The notes under the pieces: model-generated | Databases searched by the model: none | Told to the model about the DNA's origin: nothing | Seen by the model: only the letters and a program-made list of their open reading frames with translations | Program-made: the position numbers and the translations under genes | Origin: Microcoleaceae cyanobacterium | GTDB taxonomy: Bacteria > Cyanobacteriota > Cyanobacteriia > Cyanobacteriales > Microcoleaceae | Length of the DNA stretch: 26,546 nt | Assembly: GCA_051652765.1 (NCBI GenBank) | Contig: JBOFUV010000011.1 | Coordinates: 1-26,546 of the forward strand | Direction of reading: 5' to 3' | Part shown: positions 1 to 9,558 of the stretch, piece after piece | Numbering within the stretch: position 1 is the first letter of the stretch | Layout: each line of letters begins with the position of its first letter

Positions 1-130
1 GAATATTGTTCGTTTAGTCCATTGGTTACATGGAGTTCCTTTTTCCGCCACACGATGTTCTCATTTCGCTTCCCTTGCTCCCACAACTTTACTCCTGTAA
101 ACCAAGATTAAGTTCGCCAGCAGTATCAAC

Positions 131-165
131 CTTGGGGGATTTAGGGGGCAAGTGCGTAAGTCCTG
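131..165. repeat. Cyanobacterial REP/MITE-like dispersed repeat remnant (GGGGGATTTAGGGGGC plus terminal TGCGTAAGTCCTG)
   Basis: CTTGGGGGATTTAGGGGGCAAGTGCGTAAGTCCTG lies just past the CHAT stop codon. It resembles, from recall, intergenic repeats common in cyanobacteria. No second terminus is visible in the window. Confidence 0.5.
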
Positions 166-172
166 ACCCTCT

Positions 173-3037
173 CTAACGCCAATTTCCCACCAGAACGTAG
201 GCTGCCCAATAAATGGGAGCATCATAACGATCCCGATCCTGCAAAAACGCCAACTGAGCCTGACGCAGAGCTTCGGCTCTAGAGGCACCTTTGACCAAGT
301 GTTCATAGAAATGACCCACAAATTCAACGGCTGAGGCATCGTTCAAGCTCCACAGGGAAGCAATCGTACTCCTCGCCCCTGCCCGAACCGCCATGCCCGC
401 TAGTCCCAGAACTGCGCGATTATCTCCGGGAGCAGTTTCGCAAGCACTCAGAACCAAGAGGTCAATCGCTTGGGTTTGGTTTTGTTCCCGACTGCGAAAA
501 AGAGTGTCCAATTGGATAATATTAATTGGGCCATCTGAAGCTAGAATAAACGTCTTTTCGGCCTGGGAACTGAACTGACCATGAGTTGCCAAATGAACAA
601 TTTGAAAGGGGGCTGAATTAATTTGGGCGGTTAAAGCGGGAAGACTAAATGCTTCATTCAATAACTGTTTAGTTTCAACGCCTATAGTTTGAATTTTCCG
701 TAGTTCTTCAGGAACGTTAGGCAAGGTTGAAAATTGTGCCTGAAAAGCTGGAGGCGGATCGACCAAACCCGCACTTAGAATCTTTAGAGGTCGAGACATT
801 AACTTGGGATCAACCAGTTGTAAGCCCGGTTCAATGGCGATAGGATGTTTTTCAATTAAATAGTTTTTCCCGTCATAAAGGGCAGCCATCGGAATATTTC
901 GCAGTTCCCCATCTAACACGAATACCAGGGTTTCATCTCCTGTAAACTGGGATTCAACGGGCTGAATTAACCAGCGATAAACCTGTTGGGACAATTGCTG
1001 AATTTCTTGATAAGCGTAGGGTTTTTGCAGTTGAATTCTCAGTTGTCTGAGGACTTTAGTTAATTCTAGTTTTGACAGAGTCGTTCGGTAGTGAACCAGT
1101 TGAGCATCGGGCAAACTCGCAATCACTTCCAGACGGTCATCCAAGATAATTCCATAAATTACAACGGCTTCGGGATCAATTTCGTCAATCAATTGCGGTT
1201 TTGCCTCTAAACAAGCATCCCGAAAAAAGTTATCCAACTCCGCCAATTGCAACCCTTCAATCACTTGCCGTGCTCGTTTTAGATGCTCTTGAGAGGGAGT
1301 TTCAGGTTGTAACAACAGATCCACGAACTCTCGATAAACCGGTTCAACCCGATCGCGAAAGTCAAACTGGACATCCTGACTCACCGCCACCAAATCCCGC
1401 CGCAAGGATTGCAAGGTTTGAACAGCTTGATTGTAGGCTGCGATCGCCCCCGACAGATTTGCAGGTTCCTGATGGCGCAGAATCCGCCCCAATTGCCACT
1501 GCCATTGATAGGTAACCTCATCCGCCTGAATCGATTGCGCCAAGAGTAACGCCTCTTCCGTGTAGAGCCTAGCCCGTGGCCAAGCTTGGCGCTGTTCAAA
1601 CAGTTCTCCCAAATATCCCAAACCGTAGGACTGAGTTCGGCGATCGCCCAACCGGTTTGCTTGCTCCCAGGCAGTGGTTAGGATGCGCTCTGTATCTTGC
1701 ATCAGGGCAGGTTCCGACCTGGATAACTTCAATAGACTTTGAGCCAGATCCAACCTCGCATAAATTGCCGTTCGACCAGGGGGAAGTGTGGAAATTGCCG
1801 CTTCAAGTTCAGGCCAGTTGGCCATTTGTGAACTAATTTTGGCTTGAACTTGGCTAGCAAGTTCTGGGCTTTTGTGTTGATCCCAGGTTGCTGCAAGGTC
1901 TAGTAAGAAACTCAAGGTATTTAATCTTGCTCGAATTTGACTCGATACATTAGTAGAACTTGCAGCCTGTTGATAGCAAGTCAAGGCAGTCAGAGCCAAT
2001 TTCTGAGCCGTTTCCACGTTCCCCAACTCCTGTTCACGCTGATAGATTCCCTGGACAAGAGTTGCCAAACTCAATTGAGTTTCTTGAACAGTTACAACAG
2101 ATTTTAAGCGCTGAGCAATGTCTAAAGCTTGATGCAAAGCTAATCCTGCAGATAGATTAGAAGAATCCTGATTCAACTGGTGAGCAGTGTCTAAAATCTG
2201 ACAAGAAAATGGATCAAGATCATCTACATTACCCAACTTGCCCAACACCCGCAGAACATTTCCAAGATGATGAAATTGAGTAACTTTTAGCAGTGAATCT
2301 GGTCTTGATCGCAGTAATTTCTCGGCTTCAACTAGGGTTTGTTCAGCCCGAGGATATAACCCTAACCCCTGTAATGCTTGGGCTTGATTCACTAAACTTT
2401 GAGCAATGTCATCGGGTTGATTCAGAGTTCTGTAGTGAGTTTCTGATGCTTGCCAAGCGGCTAATGCCTCAGCAGATTCACCCAACGCAAACTGCAAGTT
2501 CCCGCGAATGGTTAACGCTTGAGCAAGGACGTTTGAAACCTCCATGTGATCTTGATCTAGAGAACTCAGTAATTCTAAGCTGTCCGCGATCGCCTGAGTT
2601 GCCTTGTTCCATGCGCCCAACTGTTGCCAACAGAGGGAAAGATTACCGAGAGAAACTGCCCGTCGGAGTGGATCTGATTCATGGTTTGCCAAGTCTTGCC
2701 ACACCCTCGCTGCTTCCTCAAAATTACCGACTTGGTAGAGGGTTTGACCCCGTTGCTCAAAGTCAATGTTAGACTTTGGGGTCTCAGCAATTAAACTGGG
2801 AGCAGTCGTAATTTCAGAGAAACTATTAATAGCTTGAGACTTCAAGTTGATGGTTTGAGATTGAAAGTTTGAAGACTTAAGGCTTAAAAATTCAAATCCA
2901 ATGGCTTGAGGTTGAATATGCAGCCCAAAGACAATCAGAAAACTCAGCAAGGCATACAAAATATGAGGAATAATGCGCCGTATAGACTGAGAAAGATGTG
3001 ATGCTATAGTAAAAATATTTTTAGGAGAAGCTCTCAT
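173..3037 (-). CDS. CHAT domain-containing protein with N-terminal TPR repeats (caspase/separase-like fold)
   Basis: 954 aa ORF with a hydrophobic N-terminal segment and TPR-like helices. The C-terminal CHAT motifs VHLATHG, LVLSACET, ASLWSLND and YWAAYVLVGNW are present, with His and Cys intact. Confidence 0.93.
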   Translation of the reverse strand: MRASPKNIFTIASHLSQSIRRIIPHILYALLSFLIVFGLHIQPQAIGFEFLSLKSSNFQSQTINLKSQAINSFSEITTAPSLIAETPKSNIDFEQRGQTLYQVGNFEEAARVWQDLANHESDPLRRAVSLGNLSLCWQQLGAWNKATQAIADSLELLSSLDQDHMEVSNVLAQALTIRGNLQFALGESAEALAAWQASETHYRTLNQPDDIAQSLVNQAQALQGLGLYPRAEQTLVEAEKLLRSRPDSLLKVTQFHHLGNVLRVLGKLGNVDDLDPFSCQILDTAHQLNQDSSNLSAGLALHQALDIAQRLKSVVTVQETQLSLATLVQGIYQREQELGNVETAQKLALTALTCYQQAASSTNVSSQIRARLNTLSFLLDLAATWDQHKSPELASQVQAKISSQMANWPELEAAISTLPPGRTAIYARLDLAQSLLKLSRSEPALMQDTERILTTAWEQANRLGDRRTQSYGLGYLGELFEQRQAWPRARLYTEEALLLAQSIQADEVTYQWQWQLGRILRHQEPANLSGAIAAYNQAVQTLQSLRRDLVAVSQDVQFDFRDRVEPVYREFVDLLLQPETPSQEHLKRARQVIEGLQLAELDNFFRDACLEAKPQLIDEIDPEAVVIYGIILDDRLEVIASLPDAQLVHYRTTLSKLELTKVLRQLRIQLQKPYAYQEIQQLSQQVYRWLIQPVESQFTGDETLVFVLDGELRNIPMAALYDGKNYLIEKHPIAIEPGLQLVDPKLMSRPLKILSAGLVDPPPAFQAQFSTLPNVPEELRKIQTIGVETKQLLNEAFSLPALTAQINSAPFQIVHLATHGQFSSQAEKTFILASDGPINIIQLDTLFRSREQNQTQAIDLLVLSACETAPGDNRAVLGLAGMAVRAGARSTIASLWSLNDASAVEFVGHFYEHLVKGASRAEALRQAQLAFLQDRDRYDAPIYWAAYVLVGNWR

Positions 3038-3122
3038 AAATTTGATGAAAAAGTATAGAGTGCTCGCTTTGATGCTTTGGAAAAAATTTTAGAAAAAAAG
3101 TAACCACTAGGAACATAACTGC

Positions 3123-3602
3123 ATGGCACATCTAAAAGTAACAGTCCCAGAAAATTCACAAAACATCCTAAGTATCGTCACCATCAACGCTCCGTTAGAA
3201 AAAGTATTCGAAGCGTATACCAAAGAGGAACTCTTTACGAGCTGGTGGTGTCGCGGCAATCTGATGAAAGTGTATCACTTTGATTGTAAAGACGGCGGGA
3301 GCTGGCACGTTGCTGAACAATCAGAAGACGGTAACGAGTATGAGTTTACTGGCTGTTTTCACGAAGTCGCTAAAAACAAACGGATTGTGCAGACGTTTGA
3401 ATTCTTGGGTATGCCGGAACGTGGACATGTCATGCTAGAAAAAGCCGAGTTTGTAGCGATTGACGAACATACGACTGAGATTCGTACACACAGCACCGCG
3501 ATGAGCCAAGCAGACCGTGACGGTATGGTCGCAAGCGGCATGGAAAGCGGCTGGAGCCAATCAGTTGAAGCCCTCGGCAAGCTTTTAGAATCAGCCAACT
3601 AG
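3123..3602 (+). CDS. SRPBCC/AHSA1 (START-like) domain protein
   Basis: 159 aa with INAPLEKVFEAYT...WW, GGSW, RIVQTFEF and GMESGW motifs typical of the CalC/Aha1-like SRPBCC family. AGGA SD-like sequence upstream. Confidence 0.9.
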   Translation: MAHLKVTVPENSQNILSIVTINAPLEKVFEAYTKEELFTSWWCRGNLMKVYHFDCKDGGSWHVAEQSEDGNEYEFTGCFHEVAKNKRIVQTFEFLGMPERGHVMLEKAEFVAIDEHTTEIRTHSTAMSQADRDGMVASGMESGWSQSVEALGKLLESAN

Positions 3603-3986
3603 TTAGCAAACGCTCACGTGAACCGTTATGCCGCTGGGTTGCTGGTTGTAATGCTCCTACCGAATTCATCCCTAAAATTAGCAACGCCGAACTTCAAAGC
3701 ACTGTCCTACCGATCCCTTGGCCTTACATTATCTGAATCTTAAACACGAATCGATAGCCTTCCGCTACGTTCCCATAGACAGCTTGAGCAGCCTAACAAT
3801 TGAGTTCACCCGCCGCTAACAGCTTCGGAATTAATCCGATTTTGGGCGATCGCCTACGTTCTCTCACTCAGAAAGTTCTAAACAACCATGAACAAAGTCT
3901 GATTACACCGCGTCTTGTGTTATCAAGGACTTAAGGTCTATTAAAAGACTCAAGGTTCCTCAGGTTTAGTCGCGCAGGAGTTTAGA

Positions 3987-5186
3987 ATGGGGTTTGGTGT
4001 TTCTCGGATGAATCACTGCACTCAAGTGCTAGCTGGGACTATCACCGTGGCAGCATTGGTGATGAACGCTCACAGTCAAGCCTGGGCAAAAACCGCTCAA
4101 CAAGTTGCCGAGATTGCAGCCCCGATTACTGTTCAAGTCAATAGTCTCCTCGGGGATGGTTCTGGGGTAATTATTGCTAAAGTTGGTAGAACCTATACGG
4201 TGTTGACCGTCAATCATGTTGTTGAAGATCCGAATACGGTTTACAGTATTCGCACGTCTGAGGGGGAGAGTTATCAAGCCACCCAAGTGCTCCGGCTTCA
4301 AACAGACAACACTGAACCCGATCTGGCCGTTGTTCAGTTTGAAAGTGAGCAAGACTATCCCGTTGCAACCCTGGGGGATTCAGAACAGGCTGTCATCGGC
4401 GCACAGATTTATGTCTACGGCTATCCCGCAACAGGGGGGTTAACCGGAGTTGAACGGGAGCCAGAACTTTCCCCTGGATTGGTAACCAGCCGTCCCAAGA
4501 GTCGTCCAGAAGGCTATAACCTACGCTACCAAGCCGTCACCTGGAGTGGCATGAGCGGTGGCCCGGTGTTTAATGTGGAAGGTCGATTGGTAGGTCTCCA
4601 TGGCCAGGGAGAGTTTGGTTTTGCTCAAACCAGTTCGGGGGATGTAGCCCCGATTAAAACGGGATTTAATGCGGCGATTCCGATTAATTTATTCACCAAC
4701 CAACTCTCAAAGGCGAAACTTAGCCTCGACTCCCTCAAGATTGACAAGACTCCTATTTTGGTTAGTCCTGTTTCCCTGGAAACTCCAACTGACGCTCAAG
4801 GGTTTTACTTCCAAGGGTTGACTTTTTTGGATCAAGGGGATGCCTGGGAGGCGATCGCCCAGTTTAATCAGGCGATCGCCCTAGACCCTAGTCTTCCCGA
4901 AGTGTATTTCAACCGAGGAATCGCTCGCACGTTGTTGGCGATGAATGAACCTACTCGCAGTCCCAATCCGATCGAAGACTATACTGAGGCGATCAAATTG
5001 AATCCGGGCTACGCCGATGCTTACTACAATCGAGGTCTCGTCTATGCAGGGTTAAACCAGTTTGCACAGGCGATCGCCGACTTTGAAACAGCCGCAGGAT
5101 TGTACCTCCAACTGGGACGGGAAGATGCTTACCGAGAAGCGATCCAACACATTGAAAAGCTTCGAGGGAATCGTTCGCTGAGGTGA
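3987..5186 (+). CDS. Trypsin-like serine protease with C-terminal TPR repeats
   Basis: Signal-peptide-like N-terminus. Triad motifs LTVNHVV, PDLAVV and SGMSGGP. TPRs at AYYNRG and VYFNRG. The true start may be the Met at 4008. Confidence 0.92.
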   Translation: MGFGVSRMNHCTQVLAGTITVAALVMNAHSQAWAKTAQQVAEIAAPITVQVNSLLGDGSGVIIAKVGRTYTVLTVNHVVEDPNTVYSIRTSEGESYQATQVLRLQTDNTEPDLAVVQFESEQDYPVATLGDSEQAVIGAQIYVYGYPATGGLTGVEREPELSPGLVTSRPKSRPEGYNLRYQAVTWSGMSGGPVFNVEGRLVGLHGQGEFGFAQTSSGDVAPIKTGFNAAIPINLFTNQLSKAKLSLDSLKIDKTPILVSPVSLETPTDAQGFYFQGLTFLDQGDAWEAIAQFNQAIALDPSLPEVYFNRGIARTLLAMNEPTRSPNPIEDYTEAIKLNPGYADAYYNRGLVYAGLNQFAQAIADFETAAGLYLQLGREDAYREAIQHIEKLRGNRSLR

Positions 5187-5218
5187 TTCTGCTAAGGTGA
5201 TTTTGAGCAGTCACGAAC

Positions 5219-5252
5219 TCCTGAAAGTTTCCTGAAAGTTTCCTGAAAGTTT
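5219..5252. repeat. Tandem repeat, 3 x 11 bp CCTGAAAGTTT
   Basis: Read directly from the sequence, between the protease and Crp genes. Confidence 0.9.
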
Positions 5253-5423
5253 GGAGAAATTAAATCTGAATTGATTCTGGATGTAACACACAGCATTTGA
5301 GATTCAAGTGAGTTTTTTTTTGAGATTATGTCAAGGGCAAATCAACTTGTGTCAGAATAAAAGGGGCTATTGGTTTAATAGTTTGCTAACTAAATTTACC
5401 TAGAATCTATCCACAAGAGTGAC

Positions 5424-6239
5424 ATGGCTAAACGAGCCAAACCTGTTGAAAATCAAGCTTGGTCACCTGAAAGTATTGACCCGGTAAAGTTGTTAGTACA
5501 GCATAATTTTCTGTTCAGAGGCTTAGATGAAACTTGTCTGATTCCTGATTTGCAACCCGAACAATTGCTGCGGGAAAAATTTTATTCCAATCGTCCCATC
5601 TATACCGCTTTCAGGCCCAGTATTTCTTTGGAATACCTCTATGCCCTTGTCGAAGGAGGGCCTGTCGTGATGCGAAGTACGCCTTTGGATCGAATTATTG
5701 CTATCACCTATCCAGGGGGATGCTTTGGAATGCAAAATCTGGCCTTTGAATATGGCAAGGTCGTGCGTGCCTTTCCTAGTTTAGTAGAGGCTCATAAAAC
5801 AACAGATGTCGTTAAGATTCCCTTGGCAGTTGTCCAAAAGCTCTATGAAACGAGTGAACTTTTTCGAGAGCGATATGGACTTCTATTTGAACTCCAGGAA
5901 AAGTTTCAATATCACCTGCTCAATTGCAGTACCTATCCTCCCCAAGCGGTTGCTGCATTATTTAGGGCGTTGATTTATCAAGAACGCACCTTAGGGAACC
6001 AACCCCAAGCGGATGGAACATTTGTGTTTGATTTGCCGATTGATATCATCGCTCGTGCCTGCCAATTGAACCATCGCACTGTTGAACAAGTGTTGAAAGG
6101 GATGATTCAGGTGGGCCTTCTCCAAGCCAGTAAATCATCTGAGATCCATGGGGATTTAGTTCAGGTTACTCATCCTGAAGAGCTAAAGTCGGTCTATGGC
6201 GCAACTCGAGATAAAGTTGCTTGGTGGCCTTTGCGGTAA
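5424..6239 (+). CDS. Crp/Fnr family transcriptional regulator (atypical)
   Basis: 271 aa. N-terminal cNMP-binding-like region (FLFRGLD...YPGGCFG) and C-terminal HTH (IARACQLNHRTVEQVLKGM). Confidence 0.8.
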   Translation: MAKRAKPVENQAWSPESIDPVKLLVQHNFLFRGLDETCLIPDLQPEQLLREKFYSNRPIYTAFRPSISLEYLYALVEGGPVVMRSTPLDRIIAITYPGGCFGMQNLAFEYGKVVRAFPSLVEAHKTTDVVKIPLAVVQKLYETSELFRERYGLLFELQEKFQYHLLNCSTYPPQAVAALFRALIYQERTLGNQPQADGTFVFDLPIDIIARACQLNHRTVEQVLKGMIQVGLLQASKSSEIHGDLVQVTHPEELKSVYGATRDKVAWWPLR

Positions 6240-6377
6240 GGGTTCAGTTAGCTCTGGCCCAGTACTCAAAGATCATGTTCAACCCCCTAAGATTCATTCT
6301 GATGTCGTAAGGTGTAATTGTTTTTAGTAGTGGAATTCCGACCACTCAAATGTTCTTTTTATTTCTGGTTACTGCCA

Positions 6378-8237
6378 ATGTGGCCAATCATTGGTTTTCT
6401 GTCTTTTGTACTTTGCCATCTGTTGTGGTTAGTTAATCCGGGGCTGTGGGTTTTGGGTCAAGAACCCAACTACACAACGGTGAATTTTTGGACAACCTCT
6501 GAAACGGCTACCATTCCAGTTCCCATTGCCCAACTCCCAACCTTGCCCTCCACGAGCAGCAACTTAACGCCCAGTGGCGTGGAGCGAGTGGGACTGTTAG
6601 AAGTAACAACCGTATATTTGGAGGGTCGGGCATTGTTCAAAATTGCTTCTCCGGCTGTGTTTGAACGCGGAAATCCTGGAGATCTGATTCCGGTTGAAAT
6701 TCGGGCTGGACAGATTGAGGCCAATTTGAACCGCTTGATCACTGCCGACAAATATCAGGAACGTAGTGATTCCCAAACCTATGTAACGGCTTTTGATCCG
6801 AAAACTACTCAGGTATTAATTGAAGTGATCAATGGACAACCTGTACTGCTGGCGAGGGATCAATACTCCGCTGCTCCATTAACATTGTTGACCGTTACCG
6901 ATACCGATGCTCAATACTACTCCGTGACCAAGGAGGTTTTAGCTAAACGTTGGCAACAAATTCTGCAAACGGAACTGACACGAGCCTTGAAAAACCGCCA
7001 ACCGGAAGTGTTTAAACAGGAGTTAAAGACTGTTATTGGAATCCTGCTGAGTAGTGCGTTCACTACATTTTTATTACTCAGTCTATGGAAGTTTTTGGGA
7101 TGGCGTAGAGTGGTTTTAGAAAGACAATATAAGTCTCAGCAGACAGCCTCGTTAATGGCAGAGTCTTTAACTAAATCTCATTCCCATGAACATCGTAGAT
7201 TAGAAGTGATCTTCCTTTTGCAACAAGAATTTACCCTTGAACGGCGGATTCAACTGGTGATTTTTCTGCGGTGGTTTGTGTTTTGGACGTTGGTATTTAC
7301 CTGGATTGCGGGAGTTTCTGCCTGTTTATATCGGTTTCCTCAAACTCGACAATTTGCCCAGAGGTTTGCCACAACCCCGATTTTGTTGCTGATTACCTGG
7401 TTTGTGGCTGGGCTGTTCAGTCGGTTGCTCAACCTAGCACTGGATCGGTTTGCTAAAGCCTGGGAAACAAATGAAATTAGTACTCTGGAAAATTTACAGC
7501 GCCGATCTCAGCGGATCTCGACCACGACTCGGGTGTTGAAAGGGCTAAAGACTGCCTCCATTTATTCAGTGGCATTGCTTTGGGCATTGCAACTCCTGAA
7601 CGTGACTCCAGCATCTGTGCTTGCATTTGGTGCGTTAGTTGCCTTAGCAGCTTCCTTTGCATCTCAAAGTTTAGTCAAAGATTTCGTCAATGGCTTTCTG
7701 ATTTTGTTAGAAGATCAGTTTGCGATTGGGGACTATATTGCCATTGGGAATACGGCGGGCTTGGTTGAAAATTTGAACCTGCGAATTACCCAACTCCGAA
7801 CTGATGATGGCCGCTTAGTGACTATTCCTAATAGCACCGTTGTAAAAGTCGAAAATTGGACACGAACCTGGTCACGGGCAGACTTCAGAATTGATGTGGC
7901 CTACGAGACAGATATTGATCAAGCCCTGAGGATTGTTGAGCAGGTCGCCGATCAAATGGCTCAAGATCCTGATTGGGGCCCCTCTATCCTGAACCCCAAG
8001 GAAATTTTGGGAATTGATCGCCTCTCCCATGAAGGCATTGGGATTCGGATCTGGATTCGAACCCAACCGCTCAAACATTGGTTAGTGGCCCGTGAGTTGC
8101 GCCGTCGCCTCAAAATCGCCTTTGATCAAGCTGGCATTCAAATCGGCATCCCCCAGCAGCGATTGAGCGGAACCGTCTCAGACCTTGACAAACCCAGCCT
8201 GAGTTTGAACAATCAAGACGTTCAGGATCAAAAATAA
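6378..8237 (+). CDS. MscS family mechanosensitive ion channel with large periplasmic N-terminal domain
   Basis: ASFASQSLVKDFVNGFLILLEDQFAIGDYI, GLVENLNLRITQLR and IPNS motifs. The ATG at 6378 is preferred over the TTG at 6318. Confidence 0.92.
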   Translation: MWPIIGFLSFVLCHLLWLVNPGLWVLGQEPNYTTVNFWTTSETATIPVPIAQLPTLPSTSSNLTPSGVERVGLLEVTTVYLEGRALFKIASPAVFERGNPGDLIPVEIRAGQIEANLNRLITADKYQERSDSQTYVTAFDPKTTQVLIEVINGQPVLLARDQYSAAPLTLLTVTDTDAQYYSVTKEVLAKRWQQILQTELTRALKNRQPEVFKQELKTVIGILLSSAFTTFLLLSLWKFLGWRRVVLERQYKSQQTASLMAESLTKSHSHEHRRLEVIFLLQQEFTLERRIQLVIFLRWFVFWTLVFTWIAGVSACLYRFPQTRQFAQRFATTPILLLITWFVAGLFSRLLNLALDRFAKAWETNEISTLENLQRRSQRISTTTRVLKGLKTASIYSVALLWALQLLNVTPASVLAFGALVALAASFASQSLVKDFVNGFLILLEDQFAIGDYIAIGNTAGLVENLNLRITQLRTDDGRLVTIPNSTVVKVENWTRTWSRADFRIDVAYETDIDQALRIVEQVADQMAQDPDWGPSILNPKEILGIDRLSHEGIGIRIWIRTQPLKHWLVARELRRRLKIAFDQAGIQIGIPQQRLSGTVSDLDKPSLSLNNQDVQDQK

Positions 8238-8992
8238 CTCAAAAATTCTTCAGGATCTCTTTCTTCAAAGTTAATCGGATTGGCGTTCAGCTTGCTAGCA
8301 GGTTCATCCAACTTTACAACAGACCCTCTTTGATTGGTACGGTAAATCCAGCGTTTGTTTCCACCTATAACCGTGACCTGCCATCCGGGTACAATCGCCA
8401 TTGTACACAAGACATCGGGCTCAGCTAGACCTAGACAGCCATTCGGCCACATTTGGGGTTTTGCCTCAACAATGTTTAAGTCAGTTGCGGCTAGCCCAGA
8501 TCGACGCACAACATCTTCTAGTACTGCCTCAGCTACCGGGGCAGGCAACTGACTCGAGGCTTGGGCAAAGTACTGTCCCGAAGTTTGGCGGCGGGTCTGT
8601 CCAACCTGAGCAGGCAAGTAACTGTTATGAACACTGTTATGAAATAGTTGAGACGTTTGAGCAGAGTATTGAATCAAAGTGAAAAGAACACCTTCTTTTG
8701 ACGGTGACTTTTGGGCTCTTTCAGAGAATAACTGATCTACTTGAGTGATTCCCGCGATCATCGGCGTTAGGGGGATGACCTCGGATTTAACATTCGATTT
8801 TAAATCCAACTTAAAATCCGATTTTAAATCGGATTTAAAATCAGAGCTTAAAAGAATGTTCAGACTGCCGGGATAGGCTTGAGTGGCTATAGCTCCAGTC
8901 AATAAAAACGCTAAAATTAGAGGCCGAGGCTGTTTCTCTTGCAAGCCACGATTGCTTGCTTTAGGTTTGGGAGAAAAAAAGTTATGTTTCAT
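8228..8992 (-). CDS. Secreted hypothetical protein with cyanobacterial WPxGCLGL...CT...VPGW domain
   Basis: 254 aa with a signal-like hydrophobic stretch and a recurrent two-Cys domain at the C-terminus. Overlaps the MscS 3' end by 10 bp. Confidence 0.8.
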   Translation of the reverse strand: MKHNFFSPKPKASNRGLQEKQPRPLILAFLLTGAIATQAYPGSLNILLSSDFKSDLKSDFKLDLKSNVKSEVIPLTPMIAGITQVDQLFSERAQKSPSKEGVLFTLIQYSAQTSQLFHNSVHNSYLPAQVGQTRRQTSGQYFAQASSQLPAPVAEAVLEDVVRRSGLAATDLNIVEAKPQMWPNGCLGLAEPDVLCTMAIVPGWQVTVIGGNKRWIYRTNQRGSVVKLDEPASKLNANPINFEERDPEEFLSYF

Positions 8993-9558
8993 CGGTAGCT
9001 TCCTTGTGAAAAGGATATCTTCAGCTTACGACTTGAAAGTTATGTACTCCTCAAAAGACGGCTCTGCCCTAACTCTTGTTTCCGGAGCCTCAAGCTCTGA
9101 ACAGGATGTTTTCTAAAAACCTGAGTCAAGCCTAACCAGTCAAATTCGACCCATTAAATTTTGAATAAATAACGTGTTACTATACCTCGCATTTTAACGT
9201 ATAAATTCTGCTGCGTCGAATCTTAAAAGGTGAAGTTTTAAAACTCTGACCCTTAAAATAGAGTGAATATTAGGTTAAGAATTCTTTAGAAGAAGAAGTA
9301 AAAAAGGTAATATATCTTATCGAAGTTGTATGGCTGAAGATTAAATCCTAGAATCCTGCAGGACAGTCATTCCGGTGGGCTAAGTCAGACAATCTGCCTG
9401 ATTCACAAGGTTCCAGAGGGTTTCAATGTAACGATGATAGTAATGATCTAATTTTTTGTGATTGATTTAGGATTGCTGTAGTCTCTAAAACGAGTGAAAG
9501 GCTAGTTGCTATTAATGACAACTAACCTTTCATTTTTGAATATTCATAGATTCAGAAT

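Noticed and set aside
61..2790. Short overlapping or antisense ORFs within the CHAT gene (and similar ones inside other long genes)
   Set aside because: Shadow ORFs of well-supported genes.
9272..9279. SphR Pho box CTTAACCT (minus strand)
   Set aside because: Single half-site with no repeat at 11 bp.
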